Part shown: positions 30,251-40,399 of the stretch, one piece after another | Layout of the letters: each line of letters begins with the position of its first letter | Position numbering within the stretch: the first letter of the stretch is position 1 | NCBI GenBank assembly: GCA_963719225.1 | Contig: CAVRAY010000001.1 | Span: forward strand, 736,001 to 800,000 | Source of the DNA: Thermoanaerobaculia bacterium | Lineage (GTDB): Bacteria > Acidobacteriota > Thermoanaerobaculia > UBA5066 | Direction: 5' to 3' | Length of the DNA stretch: 64,000 bases | Notes under the pieces: model-generated | What the model was told of the DNA's origin: nothing | The model's input: the letters and a program-made list of their open reading frames with translations, nothing else | The model's database searches: none | Position numbers and translations under genes: made by a program

Positions 30251-31579
30251 CAGGCTGCTGAAAAAGGGCTCCTGAAAATCGCGGCGAGGCATTGACTGCT
30301 GCGCGATGCGGCTGCACCTTGGTGTGCATGCGTGGAGACAACGAAAAGCAGGTCGATCTTGTCGTGACGATGACGCCCGAGGAGCTCGTGCCGCGGGACC
30401 ACCCGATCCGCAAGGTGAAGGCGCTTGCAGACGAAGCGCTCAGGCGTCTCGAGCCCAAGCTCGCCAGGCTGTACTCGGAGCGAGGGCGTCCATCGATTCC
30501 GCCCGAGATGCTTCTCAAGGCGCAGATCCTCATCGCGCTGTACAGCGTGAGAAGCGAGCGGCTCTTCTGCGAGCGGCTCGGGTACGACTTTCTCTTCCGC
30601 TGGTTCCTGGACATGCCGGGGCTTGCACCGGCCTTCGATCCGACGACCTTCTCGAAGAACCGCCAGAGACTGTTGGAGGCCGAGGTCTTCGAGGAGTTCT
30701 TCTCGGAAGTCGTCGCACAGGCCCGCAAGAAGTTTCTTCTCTCGGACGAGCACTTCACCGTGGACGGCACGCTGATCGAAGCGAACGCCTCCTTGAAGAG
30801 CTTCCAGCCCCGGAAGGACAAGGACGGTAAGGGCGGCGATGAGCCGCCAGCTCCTGGCGGCCGCAACGCCGATGTCGACTTTCGCGGCCAGAAGAGGCGC
30901 AACGACACGCACGCCTCGACGACCGATCCCGACGCCAAGCTCTACAAGAAGGGAGACGGCCAGCCTTCGCAGCTGTGCTACCTCGGCCACGTCTTGATGG
31001 AGAACAGAAACGGACTGTGCGTGAAGGCGCGCGTAACGACGGCCGACGGCTACGGGGAGAGGTCGGCCGCACTGGGCATGGTCGACGAGCTGGGCTCGGA
31101 CAAGCGCATCACGCTGGCCGGCGACAAGGGCTACGACACGAGGGATTTCATCGAAAGGCTCCGAGAGAGAGGCGTCACGCCCCACGTGGCCCAGAACACC
31201 ACCAACAGGCGCAGCGCCATCGACCGAAGGACGACGAGACACGCGGGCTACGCCGTGAGCCAGCGAATCAGGAAGCGCGTCGAAGAAATCTTCGGCTGGA
31301 GTAAGACCATCGGAGGCCTGGCCAAGACGCGCTTCCGAGGACTCGCCCGCGTGGCGGCTCACGTCCTCAGCGTGATGACGGCCTACAACCTCGTCCGAAT
31401 GGCGCGAATGGAGTCCTCGACCGCCTGATTCCCCCTGAAGCGCCCCTCGGTGCGACCGAAGCGGGCCGAAAAAGGCGAGCAGCACGGACTCACTCTCTCG
31501 AAGCAATCCCCTCTTTCAGCTTGACGTGTCTTCTCCCGCTCAAGCTCCTTTGAAAAAGAGCCCTTTCTTCAGCAGCCTG
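30251..31579 (+). mobile_element. Complete IS5-family insertion sequence, 1329 bp
   Basis: Terminal inverted repeats CAGGCTGCTGAAAAAGGGCTC / GAGCCCTTTCTTCAGCAGCCTG; CTAG duplication at 30247-30250 and 31580-31583. Confidence 0.93.
30328..31428 (+). CDS. IS5-family DDE transposase
   Basis: GRPSIPPE, VDGTLIEA, STTDPDA, GDKGYD, RKRVEEIFGW. Confidence 0.95.
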   Translation: MRGDNEKQVDLVVTMTPEELVPRDHPIRKVKALADEALRRLEPKLARLYSERGRPSIPPEMLLKAQILIALYSVRSERLFCERLGYDFLFRWFLDMPGLAPAFDPTTFSKNRQRLLEAEVFEEFFSEVVAQARKKFLLSDEHFTVDGTLIEANASLKSFQPRKDKDGKGGDEPPAPGGRNADVDFRGQKRRNDTHASTTDPDAKLYKKGDGQPSQLCYLGHVLMENRNGLCVKARVTTADGYGERSAALGMVDELGSDKRITLAGDKGYDTRDFIERLRERGVTPHVAQNTTNRRSAIDRRTTRHAGYAVSQRIRKRVEEIFGWSKTIGGLAKTRFRGLARVAAHVLSVMTAYNLVRMARMESSTA

Positions 31580-32254
31580 CTAGATCTTCGCGCCGTCCCA
31601 CCAGCTCGAGAGATGCGCCGTGGGCGTTCCCGGGGCGCCGCTCGCGTAATGGGACACGTCGTTGAAGAGCGTCAGCCGCGCGTGCGAAGGGTCCTTGAAG
31701 TCCAGAACGTTCAGACACGCCGGGCTCTGATCGAGGCGGTCGCGGTAGAAGCGCGGATCGAAGCCGACGAGCGCCGAGACGAGCAGGCGAATCGTGGCCT
31801 TGTGCGAGACCACGAGGAACGGGCGGCCCGCGTTTTCCTCGACGAGAGAGGCGAGGGCGGGAAGCGCCCGCGCGGTGACGGCGAGCCCGGTCTCGCCGCC
31901 TGCCGGCGCGAACGTGTAGGGGTCCGACTCCCAGCGGGCGTATTCCTCGGGCCAGAGCGCCTCGACCTCCCGGCGCGTCTTCGCCTCCCAGCGTCCATGG
32001 GAGATTTCCCGAAGCGCCGGGACGGGGACGACGGGCAGCCCGTGCGGCCCGGCGAGGATCTCGGCGCTCTCCAGGGTGCGGCGCATCGGGCTCGCGTAGA
32101 CGGCGCAGAGCGGCTCGTGGGCGAGGCGGTCGGCGAGATCGCGGAGCTGCGAACGCCCCGTATCCGAGAGGTCCACGTCCGTTTCGCCGGCGAAGCGGTC
32201 CTCCGCCGTGAGCGTCGTCGCGCCGTGCCGGACGAGATAGACGCGCGTCGGCAT
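31580..32254 (-). CDS. Histidine phosphatase family protein
   Basis: LVRHG, SPMRRT, LREISHGRWE, VSH. Confidence 0.9.
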   Translation of the reverse strand: MPTRVYLVRHGATTLTAEDRFAGETDVDLSDTGRSQLRDLADRLAHEPLCAVYASPMRRTLESAEILAGPHGLPVVPVPALREISHGRWEAKTRREVEALWPEEYARWESDPYTFAPAGGETGLAVTARALPALASLVEENAGRPFLVVSHKATIRLLVSALVGFDPRFYRDRLDQSPACLNVLDFKDPSHARLTLFNDVSHYASGAPGTPTAHLSSWWDGAKI

Positions 32255-32259
32255 TCGGG

Positions 32260-32610
32260 TCAGCCTTTCACGAGGAAATTTCGTTCGGAGAGGATTCTTC
32301 GAAGGCTGTCGCGGTGGTCGCCCTGGAGCTCGATGAGGGCGTCACTGATCGTCCCACCGGTGCCGAGCTGCTTCTTCAGCTCCTTTCCCAAACCCTCTAA
32401 GAAATCTGAATTCCTCGGAAGTCCGTCGAGAACCGTCACGATCTTCCCGCCTCGCCCTTTCTTCTCGATTCGCAGCTTGACGACCACCTTCGAAGGAACC
32501 TTCTCTTCGACCTTAGAAGAGCACTTGCAGTCGTTCGCCGGCCAGCCGCACGTCGCGCAGACGGAGCCGACCGCCGTGGAATAGACGAGCCGGACGGGAT
32601 CCTGCCTCAC
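32260..32610 (-). CDS. yciH: SUI1/YciH translation initiation factor family protein
   Basis: LVYST..CxxC..CxC, KKGRGGKIVT, KKQLGTGGT, IELQGDHRD. Confidence 0.88.
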   Translation of the reverse strand: MRQDPVRLVYSTAVGSVCATCGWPANDCKCSSKVEEKVPSKVVVKLRIEKKGRGGKIVTVLDGLPRNSDFLEGLGKELKKQLGTGGTISDALIELQGDHRDSLRRILSERNFLVKG

Positions 32611-32629
32611 GACCTCAGGATAATCCCCC
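32611..32629. promoter_or_regulatory. Overlapping divergent -10 elements (putative leaderless bidirectional promoter)
   Basis: GATAAT lies 5 nt before the arfB ATG (+); TATCCT lies 6 nt before the yciH GTG (-); no Shine-Dalgarno for arfB. Confidence 0.5.
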
Positions 32630-33061
32630 ATGGCCGATCCGATCCCGGTCGCCCCGGGTGTCACCATTCCGGAAGCCGCGCTCGAGGTGCGGCAGGTCAG
32701 GGCGTCGGGTCCGGGCGGGCAGAACGTGAACAAGGTGGCGTCGCGCGTGGAGCTGCTCGTCGACGTCGAACGCATCGAAGGTCTGGACGCCGCCGCGCGC
32801 GCTCGCCTTTACGTCCTGGCCGGGAGGAGGCGGGCCGCCGACGGGCGGCTGCGCCTCGTCGCCCAGGAAAGCCGCGACCGGCACCGGAACCTGGAAATCG
32901 TCCGCGAGCGAGCCCGGGACCTCGTCGGCCGGGCCCTTCAGGCTCCCGCCGCCCGGCGGCCCACCCGCCCCTCCCGCGGCGCGAGAGAGGCGAGGCTTCG
33001 GACGAAAGCGAAGGAGAGCCGCCTCAAAGCGGCCCGCCGCCCGGTCGGGACCGATGAATAA
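32630..33061 (+). CDS. arfB: Alternative ribosome rescue peptidyl-tRNA hydrolase
   Basis: RASGPGGQNVNKV; basic tail RRPTRPS...RLRTK. Confidence 0.92.
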   Translation: MADPIPVAPGVTIPEAALEVRQVRASGPGGQNVNKVASRVELLVDVERIEGLDAAARARLYVLAGRRRAADGRLRLVAQESRDRHRNLEIVRERARDLVGRALQAPAARRPTRPSRGAREARLRTKAKESRLKAARRPVGTDE

Positions 33062-33156
33062 CCGAATAGCGCATCTGAACTACTGCAAGTAGCGCATCCC
33101 GGGCCCATCGTTCACTCTGGCGGGCCGTGGCGGCCTCTGCCCAGGAGGATTCGACT

Positions 33157-34494
33157 ATGTCATCCAATGCACCGCGGCAGTCTGTGACCGTCACCGACAA
33201 CCGCACCGGAAAAACGATCGAGGTCCCGATCCAGAACGGGACGATCAAGGCGCTCGACCTTCGGGTCCTGAAGACGTCCCCGGACGACTTCGGCCTGATG
33301 ACCTACGACCCCGCGTTCATGAACACGGCGTCTTGCAAGAGCAAGATCACGTTCATCGACGGGGACAAGGGCATCCTGGAATACCGGGGATACCCGATCG
33401 CTGAGCTCGCCGAGAACACGACGTATCTCGAGACCGCGTATCTCGTCCTCAACGGGGAGCTGCCGACCAAGCAGCAGCACACGGACTGGGTGAAAGACGT
33501 CACCTTCCACACGATGGTCCACGAGGACATCAAGGACTTGATGGCGGCCTTCCGGTACGACGCGCACCCCATGGGAGTGCTCGCCTCCACGGTCGCGGCG
33601 CTGTCCACGTTCTATCCGGAAGCGAAGGACGTTCACTCGCCCGAGACCCGGAGGCAGCAGATCGTGCGCCTGGTCGCGAAGATGCCGACGCTGGCCGCGT
33701 TTGCCTACCGCCACTCGATCGGCTTCCCCTATGCGTATCCGGACAACGACCTGTCGTACACCGGCAACTTCCTGCAGATGATGTACCGCGCGGCCGAGCC
33801 GAAGTACCGGCCGAATCCCGTCCTCGAGCGGGCTTTGGAAGTCCTCTTCATCCTGCATGCCGACCACGAGCAGAACTGCTCGACGAACGCGATGCGCGCG
33901 ATCGGCTCCTCGGAGGCCGACCCGTATTGCTCGGCAGCCGGCGCGATCTCGGCCCTCTACGGCCCGCTGCACGGCGGGGCGAACGAGGCCGTCCTCCGCA
34001 TGCTGTTCGAGATCGGCTCGAAGGCGAACATCCCGGCGTTCATCAAGTCCGTCAAGGAGAGCGGCGGCGAGACGCGCCTCATGGGCTTCGGCCACCGCGT
34101 CTACAAGAACTACGACCCGCGCGCGAAGGTCATCAAGAACATGGCCGAGAAGGTCTTCGAGGTCACGGGCCGCAACCCGCTCCTCGACATCGCCCTCGAG
34201 CTCGAGCGCATCGCGCTCCAGGACGAGTACTTCCTGAAACGCAAGCTCTACCCGAACGTGGACTTCTATTCGGGCCTCATCTACCAGGCCATGAAGTTCC
34301 CCGTCGAGATGTTCCCGGTGCTCTTCGCGATTCCGCGCATGTCCGGCTGGCTCGCCCAGTGGAACGAGATGATCGAGGACAAGGAGCAGAAGATCGCCCG
34401 GCCGCGTCAGGTCTTCCTCGGCGCTCGGGAGCGTCACTTCACCCCGTTCGAGAAGAGGGAAGTCAAGACGGAGGGCGTGCTCACGACGGTGTAA
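33157..34494 (+). CDS. gltA: Citrate synthase
   Basis: [43 protein letters not shown]; RBS AGGAGG. Confidence 0.97.
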   Translation: MSSNAPRQSVTVTDNRTGKTIEVPIQNGTIKALDLRVLKTSPDDFGLMTYDPAFMNTASCKSKITFIDGDKGILEYRGYPIAELAENTTYLETAYLVLNGELPTKQQHTDWVKDVTFHTMVHEDIKDLMAAFRYDAHPMGVLASTVAALSTFYPEAKDVHSPETRRQQIVRLVAKMPTLAAFAYRHSIGFPYAYPDNDLSYTGNFLQMMYRAAEPKYRPNPVLERALEVLFILHADHEQNCSTNAMRAIGSSEADPYCSAAGAISALYGPLHGGANEAVLRMLFEIGSKANIPAFIKSVKESGGETRLMGFGHRVYKNYDPRAKVIKNMAEKVFEVTGRNPLLDIALELERIALQDEYFLKRKLYPNVDFYSGLIYQAMKFPVEMFPVLFAIPRMSGWLAQWNEMIEDKEQKIARPRQVFLGARERHFTPFEKREVKTEGVLTTV

Positions 34495-34897
34495 TCGGCA
34501 AACGCGTGATCGGGGTCGGCTGCCTCTTCTCGTCCACGTTCACGTAGACGACCTCGGCCTCGGTCACCTTCACGGTCTCGTCCGTCTTCCGCCAGCGCTC
34601 GGCGGTGACGAGGACCTTGATGGTGATCGAGGTTCGGCCGATGCGGGCGACGGTCGTGTAGAAGCTCACGACGTCGCCCACGAAGACGGGGGCGTGGAAG
34701 ACGACCTCGTTCATCTTCACGGTGAGGACGCGGTCGCAGTGCGCCCGCGTCGCGATCGCCCCGGCCTGGTCGATGTAGGCGAGGAGCACTCCGCCGAAGA
34801 TCGTGCCCTGGCCGTTCGTGTCGCGCGGGAACATCGACACGCGGATCGCGGGCTGGAGACCCGGGGACGAGGATTGAGCGCCGGTCTCGGAGTTCAT
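34481..34897 (-). CDS. Acyl-CoA thioesterase (hotdog, YciA-like)
   Basis: [11 protein letters not shown]...D, GRTSI. Confidence 0.9.
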   Translation of the reverse strand: MNSETGAQSSSPGLQPAIRVSMFPRDTNGQGTIFGGVLLAYIDQAGAIATRAHCDRVLTVKMNEVVFHAPVFVGDVVSFYTTVARIGRTSITIKVLVTAERWRKTDETVKVTEAEVVYVNVDEKRQPTPITRLPITPS

Positions 34898-34928
34898 GGC
34901 GGGATTATGGCGGGCTAAGATCCTTTTC

Positions 34929-37118
34929 ATGCCCGCCGCGAAAGCCGGCCTATTCCTCGGTCGTGCCGTCGATCCGGCTTCGGGCAGGACCGGCACGGAG
35001 CCTTTCCTCCTCGATCCCGCGGACCTCACGACCCACGGACTCATCGTCGGCATGACGGGGAGCGGCAAGACGGCTCTCGGCATCGTTCTCATCGAGGAGC
35101 TGCTTACCCGCGGCATTCCCGTTCTCGCGATCGATCCGAAAGGCGACCTCGGCAACCTCCTGCTCGACTTCCCGCGGCTCTCGGCCGAGGAGTTCGCGCC
35201 TTTCGTCGATCCGACCGCGGGCACGGCCGAGTCCGAGGCGAAGAAATGGATGGACGGCCTCGCGGGCTGGGGCCTCGGCCCGACGGACGTCCAGGTGCTC
35301 GTCGACAGCCGCGACGCGGTGATCTACACGCCCGGGTCCACGTCCGGAACGCCGGTCGATCTCTTCGGCTCCTGCACGCCCCCCCCGCGGGAGGCCGACG
35401 AGGAAGACCGCCGCGACGTCGTCACGGCCTTCGTGGGAGGGCTGCTGGGCCTCGCGGGCCGCGACGCGGATCCCGTGAAATCGCGCGACTTCATCTATCT
35501 CTCGCTTTGCGTGACGGGGCTCTGGGAGAAGGGCGAGACCGCGACGTTCGAGTCGCTCCTCGAGTTCGCGGCGGCGCCGCCGTTCGCGAAGGTGGGTGCG
35601 CTGCCGCTCGAGACGTTTTATCCCGCGAAGGAGCGGCAGGAGCTCGTCCTGGCGGTCAATTCCCTTCTCGCGTCGCCCGCGACGGCGGCGTTCCGCGAAG
35701 GGGAGCCGCTCGACGTCGGCAGGATGCTGGCGCCCACGCCGGCCGGAGGAAAGGCACGCCTTTCGATCGTCTCGATCGCGCATCTCGGCGACGCCGAGCG
35801 CGTCTTCGTCGTGGCGACGCTCCTCGCGCGCGTGAAGGCCTGGATGCGCTCGCTGCCGGGCAGCCCCGCCCTGAGAGCGCTCGTCTACGTCGACGAGATC
35901 TTCGGGTTCTTCCCGCCCTCGGCCGAGCCCCCCACGAAGAGGCCGCTCCTCACGCTCCTCAAGCAGGCGCGCGCGTTCGGCGTGGGAGTCGTCCTCGCCT
36001 CGCAGAATCCCGTCGACCTCGACTACCGCGGTCTCGCGAACTGCGGCTGCTGGTGGGTGGGCACGCTCCAGACGGAGCGGGACAAGCTGCGTCTCTCCGA
36101 GGGCCTCGTGGAAGCGGGCGGCAAGGACGCCTCGGCGCTTCTGACGAAAACGCGAAAGCGCGTGTTTCTCCTGAACGACGTGCACCGCAAGGAGCCGGCG
36201 CTGATCGAGACGCGCTGGGCGATGAGCTATCTCCGCGGGCCGATGACCAAGGCCGACCTCGCGAGGCTGAAGAGCGGAAGCGCCGTGCCGCCGCCGCCGC
36301 GAAAAGCGCCCGCGGGCCCTTCGGCACCCGCCCTTCCTTCGGCCTGGCCGGCGCGATGGCTCGAGAAGAGAAATGCCGACATCGCCTCTCCGGCGCTCTT
36401 CGTGAAATATGCCGTGCGCTTCCGCTCGGGGACGTCGTCCGCGCCGGAAACCACCGCGGCGAAGCTCTTCCCCCTGAACGCGGGATCTCCCGCGGAGGTG
36501 CTGGAGGGCGAAACCCTCGACCTCGGGCCCGCCGGCCTGGAGTCGCTGAAGGCCGCGGCGCCCGCCCGGCCGCTCAGCTACGCCGATCTGCCCGCGTGGC
36601 TCGGCGAGGGCACGGTGAAGACCGTCGAGAAGGCGGTGCGCTCGCGCCTTCCGGACAAGCTCGCGACGACGCTCTGGAGAGACCCCGTCACGGGGGCGCT
36701 CTCCGCTTCCGGCGAATCGCCGGAAGACTTCGCGAAGCGCCTCGCGGCGGGCGCCGAAGCGCCGGCCGCGCTACGCGAGAAGCTCGAGAAGAAACGCCGC
36801 GATCTCGCTGCGGCCGAGGCCGTCGAGCAGGGCAGATCGATGGAAACGTACGCCTCGATCGGCACGGCCGCCCTCGACGTCCTCGGCGGTTTGCTCGGGA
36901 AGCGGAAGTCGCTGCGCGTGGGAAGAGTCGGCTCGGTCCTGACGAAGCGCAGGATGGAAGGAACGGCCGAATCGAAAGTCGAAGGGCTGAGAGCCGAGAT
37001 CGCCGCGCTGGAGGCGAAGGTCGCTCCGCCGGACACGAGCCGCTTCGAGAAGGTGAACGTCGTCCCGGCCGCGGCGCACGTCGACGTGCTGTCGATCGGA
37101 ATTGCCTGGATTTGTTGA
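34929..37118 (+). CDS. HerA/FtsK-like P-loop ATPase
   Basis: Walker [15 protein letters not shown], Walker [16 protein letters not shown]...SQNP. Confidence 0.88.
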   Translation: MPAAKAGLFLGRAVDPASGRTGTEPFLLDPADLTTHGLIVGMTGSGKTALGIVLIEELLTRGIPVLAIDPKGDLGNLLLDFPRLSAEEFAPFVDPTAGTAESEAKKWMDGLAGWGLGPTDVQVLVDSRDAVIYTPGSTSGTPVDLFGSCTPPPREADEEDRRDVVTAFVGGLLGLAGRDADPVKSRDFIYLSLCVTGLWEKGETATFESLLEFAAAPPFAKVGALPLETFYPAKERQELVLAVNSLLASPATAAFREGEPLDVGRMLAPTPAGGKARLSIVSIAHLGDAERVFVVATLLARVKAWMRSLPGSPALRALVYVDEIFGFFPPSAEPPTKRPLLTLLKQARAFGVGVVLASQNPVDLDYRGLANCGCWWVGTLQTERDKLRLSEGLVEAGGKDASALLTKTRKRVFLLNDVHRKEPALIETRWAMSYLRGPMTKADLARLKSGSAVPPPPRKAPAGPSAPALPSAWPARWLEKRNADIASPALFVKYAVRFRSGTSSAPETTAAKLFPLNAGSPAEVLEGETLDLGPAGLESLKAAAPARPLSYADLPAWLGEGTVKTVEKAVRSRLPDKLATTLWRDPVTGALSASGESPEDFAKRLAAGAEAPAALREKLEKKRRDLAAAEAVEQGRSMETYASIGTAALDVLGGLLGKRKSLRVGRVGSVLTKRRMEGTAESKVEGLRAEIAALEAKVAPPDTSRFEKVNVVPAAAHVDVLSIGIAWIC

Positions 37119-37129
37119 GAGGAGAGTAA

Positions 37130-37501
37130 GTGCCGAAGATTTCTCCGCGGAAGGAAGTCACCGAGCACCCGCTCTATCGCGCGGCCATGGCCGCGCAGCA
37201 CATCGCCTATCAGCTCATGCGCGAGGTGCCGCCCGAGCACAAGGCCGCCGCGACGCGTCTGCACGCGTCGCTCGTCCACGCGACGACGTACGCGGCGTAC
37301 GCGGTCGACCCCGACGTGACCGACAAGGAGGCGCAGTGGGCGGGCCTCGCCTCGACCGCCGCACGCGCGAAGGAGCAGCTCGAGCCGCTCGCCCAGTTCG
37401 CGGGCGACGCGCGCGACGTGGAGAAGCTGGGCGAAAGAATCGCCGAGCTGTCTCAAGCCGCGGAAAAAGGGGTCACTCCTCTTTCTTCGTCCCCAAGATG
37501 A
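37130..37501 (+). CDS. Hypothetical helical protein, divergent four-helix-bundle-like
   Basis: RBS GAGGAG with GTG start; N-terminal pattern shared with 40365-40730. Confidence 0.65.
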   Translation: MPKISPRKEVTEHPLYRAAMAAQHIAYQLMREVPPEHKAAATRLHASLVHATTYAAYAVDPDVTDKEAQWAGLASTAARAKEQLEPLAQFAGDARDVEKLGERIAELSQAAEKGVTPLSSSPR

Positions 37502-37814
37502 CGAGCACGATCAGGAGCAGGAGCACGATCAGCCCGATGACGATCGTCGTCGTGCGCGAAGAGCCGGCCGGAGGCTCGGGCGCCGCCGTGCCGGTCCTGG
37601 CGACCTCCGCTTTCGTGGGGGCCGGCTTCGGAGCTTCGGCCGTCGCGGGAGCCGGAACCGCGGTCGACGGAGCGCCCGTCGAGGCCGTGGAGGACGTCGT
37701 CGACGTTTCGGCCGGTTTCGTCGGGGCGGGACCGGCGGTCGACTGTGACAGCGCGGCGGAGGAGGCGAGGGCGAACGCCAGGAGGAGGGCGGTCATCGGG
37801 AAGCGTGGCTTCAT
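37473..37814 (-). CDS. Hypothetical exported, C-terminally anchored Ser/Thr/Pro/Ala-rich protein
   Basis: Signal peptide, low-complexity middle, C-terminal TM helix then KKEE. Confidence 0.7.
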   Translation of the reverse strand: MKPRFPMTALLLAFALASSAALSQSTAGPAPTKPAETSTTSSTASTGAPSTAVPAPATAEAPKPAPTKAEVARTGTAAPEPPAGSSRTTTIVIGLIVLLLLIVLVILGTKKEE

Positions 37815-37868
37815 GACGGGTGAAACTATCGGGCGGAGCCGAAGGCGTCAAGCGGCCGGGGCTCACGG

Positions 37869-39407
37869 GTGACCGAGCTCCCCGGGGCGCGTTGGCGCCT
37901 CGATGCTGCCGTTTTCCTCTCGGGCGCGGCTTTGATGGGGCTCGAGATCGTGGGGAGCCGCGTCCTGGCTCCCGTCTTCGGGACGTCGCTTTTCGTCTGG
38001 GGCGCCCTCATCACGACGTTCCTCGCCGCCCTCGCTCTCGGCTATGCCTTCGGCGGGCGGCTGGCCGATCGCCGGCCCGATCCGGCGATGCTGGCCGGGC
38101 TCCTGGCATGCAGCGGAATCGTCCTCTTCCTGGTCTTCGCCTCACCGCATGCCCTCATCGCCGCGCTCGGCCGGGCTCCGATTCCCGAACGCTTTCGCCC
38201 GCTCGTCGCGGCCGTGGTGCTGTTCGGCCCGCCGAGCGTCCTCATGGGCATGGTGACGCCATTCGCCGTGCGCCTCGCGGCGAGGGAAATCGCGACCGTC
38301 GGCTCGGCGTCGGGCCGCCTCTCGGCGCTCTCCACCGCAGGCTCGATTCTCGGAACGTTCGCCACGGCTTTCTTCCTCATCCCGGCGTTCGCGACCCGGC
38401 CGATTCTTTTCGGCCTCGGCGCGACGCTTCTCGCGGCCTCCCTGCTCGTACCGGCGCCGCGGACGGCCGCGCGGCTCGCGATCGTCTCGCTCCTCGTGGT
38501 CGGGGCGGCCGTCACGTACCTCGTCGTGTCCACGGGCGCGGTCTCGCCCGAGCCGGCCGGGGTGGTCGTTTACGAGAAAGAGACGGCCTATCACCACATC
38601 CGCGTCGTCGATGCGGGCCTGAGACGCTCGCTCTACTTCGACAACCGCACGCAGGGCTACGTTGCGGTGCGGCCCGGCCTCGTGCTGCCGAAAGGCTACC
38701 GGGACGGGATGATGCTCGCGCTGGTCTTTCCGGTGCGTCCGGTGCGGAGCGCGGTCATGATCGGCCTCGGGGCGGGGATGGTTCCGTCTCTCCTCTCCGA
38801 GCGCGCGCCGGAGATTGCCACCACCTCGATCGAGATCGACCCGGAGGTCGTCGAGACCGCGCGGCGCTTCTTCCGGTTCACGACGCCTGCGAACGGACGC
38901 GTCCTCGTGGGCGACGGCAGGCGCGAGCTCGACCGCCAGGTTCCGGCGACCGACGTCGTGTTCGTGGACGCCTACTTCGCGGACAGTCTTCCCTTCCATC
39001 TCGTCACGAAGGAGTTCTTCGAGCTCTGTCGTCGAAAGCTCCCGCCCGACGGCGTCCTCGCGATGAACTTCGGCGGCAACCTCACGGGACGGCGGAACGC
39101 CCTCTTCTGGGCGGCGGTCAAGACCGTCCGCCTCGTCTTCCCGCGCACGTACATTTTCTCGTCCGAGCTCTCGGCGGGGCGTGCGACCTTCGACGGGAAC
39201 GCCATCCTCATCGCGACGCGATCCGCGGACCGGCTCGACAAAGCCACGATCGCCGACCGGGCCGAAGCGGTCGCGGCGAAACTCTCCCGCCCGCCCGTCA
39301 CGGAATGGGCGGCGACCCTCTACGAGGGCGAGCTGAAGATCGGGGATGTCCCCGTGCTCACGGACGCTTACGCGCCGACCGACGCGCTCCAGAACCTCTC
39401 GCGATGA
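37869..39407 (+). CDS. Fused membrane domain/spermidine synthase-like protein
   Basis: About 7 TM helices (EIVGSR..AP.FG) followed by IGLGAG, EIDPEV, GDGR, VDAY. Confidence 0.88.
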   Translation: MTELPGARWRLDAAVFLSGAALMGLEIVGSRVLAPVFGTSLFVWGALITTFLAALALGYAFGGRLADRRPDPAMLAGLLACSGIVLFLVFASPHALIAALGRAPIPERFRPLVAAVVLFGPPSVLMGMVTPFAVRLAAREIATVGSASGRLSALSTAGSILGTFATAFFLIPAFATRPILFGLGATLLAASLLVPAPRTAARLAIVSLLVVGAAVTYLVVSTGAVSPEPAGVVVYEKETAYHHIRVVDAGLRRSLYFDNRTQGYVAVRPGLVLPKGYRDGMMLALVFPVRPVRSAVMIGLGAGMVPSLLSERAPEIATTSIEIDPEVVETARRFFRFTTPANGRVLVGDGRRELDRQVPATDVVFVDAYFADSLPFHLVTKEFFELCRRKLPPDGVLAMNFGGNLTGRRNALFWAAVKTVRLVFPRTYIFSSELSAGRATFDGNAILIATRSADRLDKATIADRAEAVAAKLSRPPVTEWAATLYEGELKIGDVPVLTDAYAPTDALQNLSR

Positions 39408-40399
39408 ATCCTCGAGGCCGCCTCGCCTCGGGCGCGTTCGCCCTCGCGGCGCTCGCGGCCTGCGGGCCCCGCGAGCGGCCGGCGGAGAGCTTCGCCCCCG
39501 ATCGCGCGGGCGAGACGCTCGAGGCCGACACGCGGGCGCTGTGTGCGCTCGGGCCGCGCGTCACGGGCACGGACGCGTGCGCGCGGGCTGAGGAGTGGGC
39601 GGCCGCGCGCTTTCGCGAGTCGGGACTCGACGTGCGCTTCGAGGAATGGGACTGGTCCGGGCGCCCTTCCGGCGCGGCGCCGCCGCGGAACGTCGTCGCG
39701 GAGATTCCGGGCCGGGATCGGCCGGGAGAAATCGTCCTCCTGGCCGCGCATCTCGACTCGGTGGCGGGAAGCCCCGGAGCGAACGACGACGCCGTGAACG
39801 TGGCGCTCGTCCTGGGGGCCGCCCGGACGGTCCGGGCGAGGGGTCCTCTGGGCCGGTCGGCGCGCTTCGTCCTCTTCACGGGGGAGGAACAGAAGCTCCT
39901 CGGGTCACGGGCCTACGTGAAGGCCCACGAGAAAGAGCTCGGGCGGGTCGTCGTCGCGATCGTTTACGACCTCGGCTCCGCGCGGACGCTGGGCTTCTAC
40001 CTGAACGGACGGAAGGAGGATCTGCGCGCTCTCTTCAGGCGCGCCCTCGCCGGCCGTGAAGCCTGGCGCGGCCTCTTCGGCCTCTACACGGTCTGGGCGG
40101 GCGCCGACAGCTTCTCGTTCGTCGAGGCCGGCGTTCCGACGTTGACCGCGTTGCAGGATCTCGAGCCCTATCGCGCCGTCTATCACTCGGAAAAGGACAC
40201 GGTCGAGACCGTGGATTTCGCGGCCTCGCGCGCGAATGCGGCGCTGGCCGCCGCCCTCGTGAAAGGCATTGCCGACGACCCGCAGCCCGCCCTGCGACGG
40301 ATGACCCCGGAGGAGACCGCGGCGCTCCTGACACGTCACGGACTCGGGAAGGCCCCTCCGCCCCTCAGTTCGTCCGCTCCCCCGACCGCTCCTCCCTGA
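39404..40399 (+). CDS. M28 peptidase, lipoprotein
   Basis: LAAC lipobox; AHLDS, GANDD, GEEQ.LLGS, YHS..D; ATGA overlap. Confidence 0.87.
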   Translation: MNPRGRLASGAFALAALAACGPRERPAESFAPDRAGETLEADTRALCALGPRVTGTDACARAEEWAAARFRESGLDVRFEEWDWSGRPSGAAPPRNVVAEIPGRDRPGEIVLLAAHLDSVAGSPGANDDAVNVALVLGAARTVRARGPLGRSARFVLFTGEEQKLLGSRAYVKAHEKELGRVVVAIVYDLGSARTLGFYLNGRKEDLRALFRRALAGREAWRGLFGLYTVWAGADSFSFVEAGVPTLTALQDLEPYRAVYHSEKDTVETVDFAASRANAALAAALVKGIADDPQPALRRMTPEETAALLTRHGLGKAPPPLSSSAPPTAPP

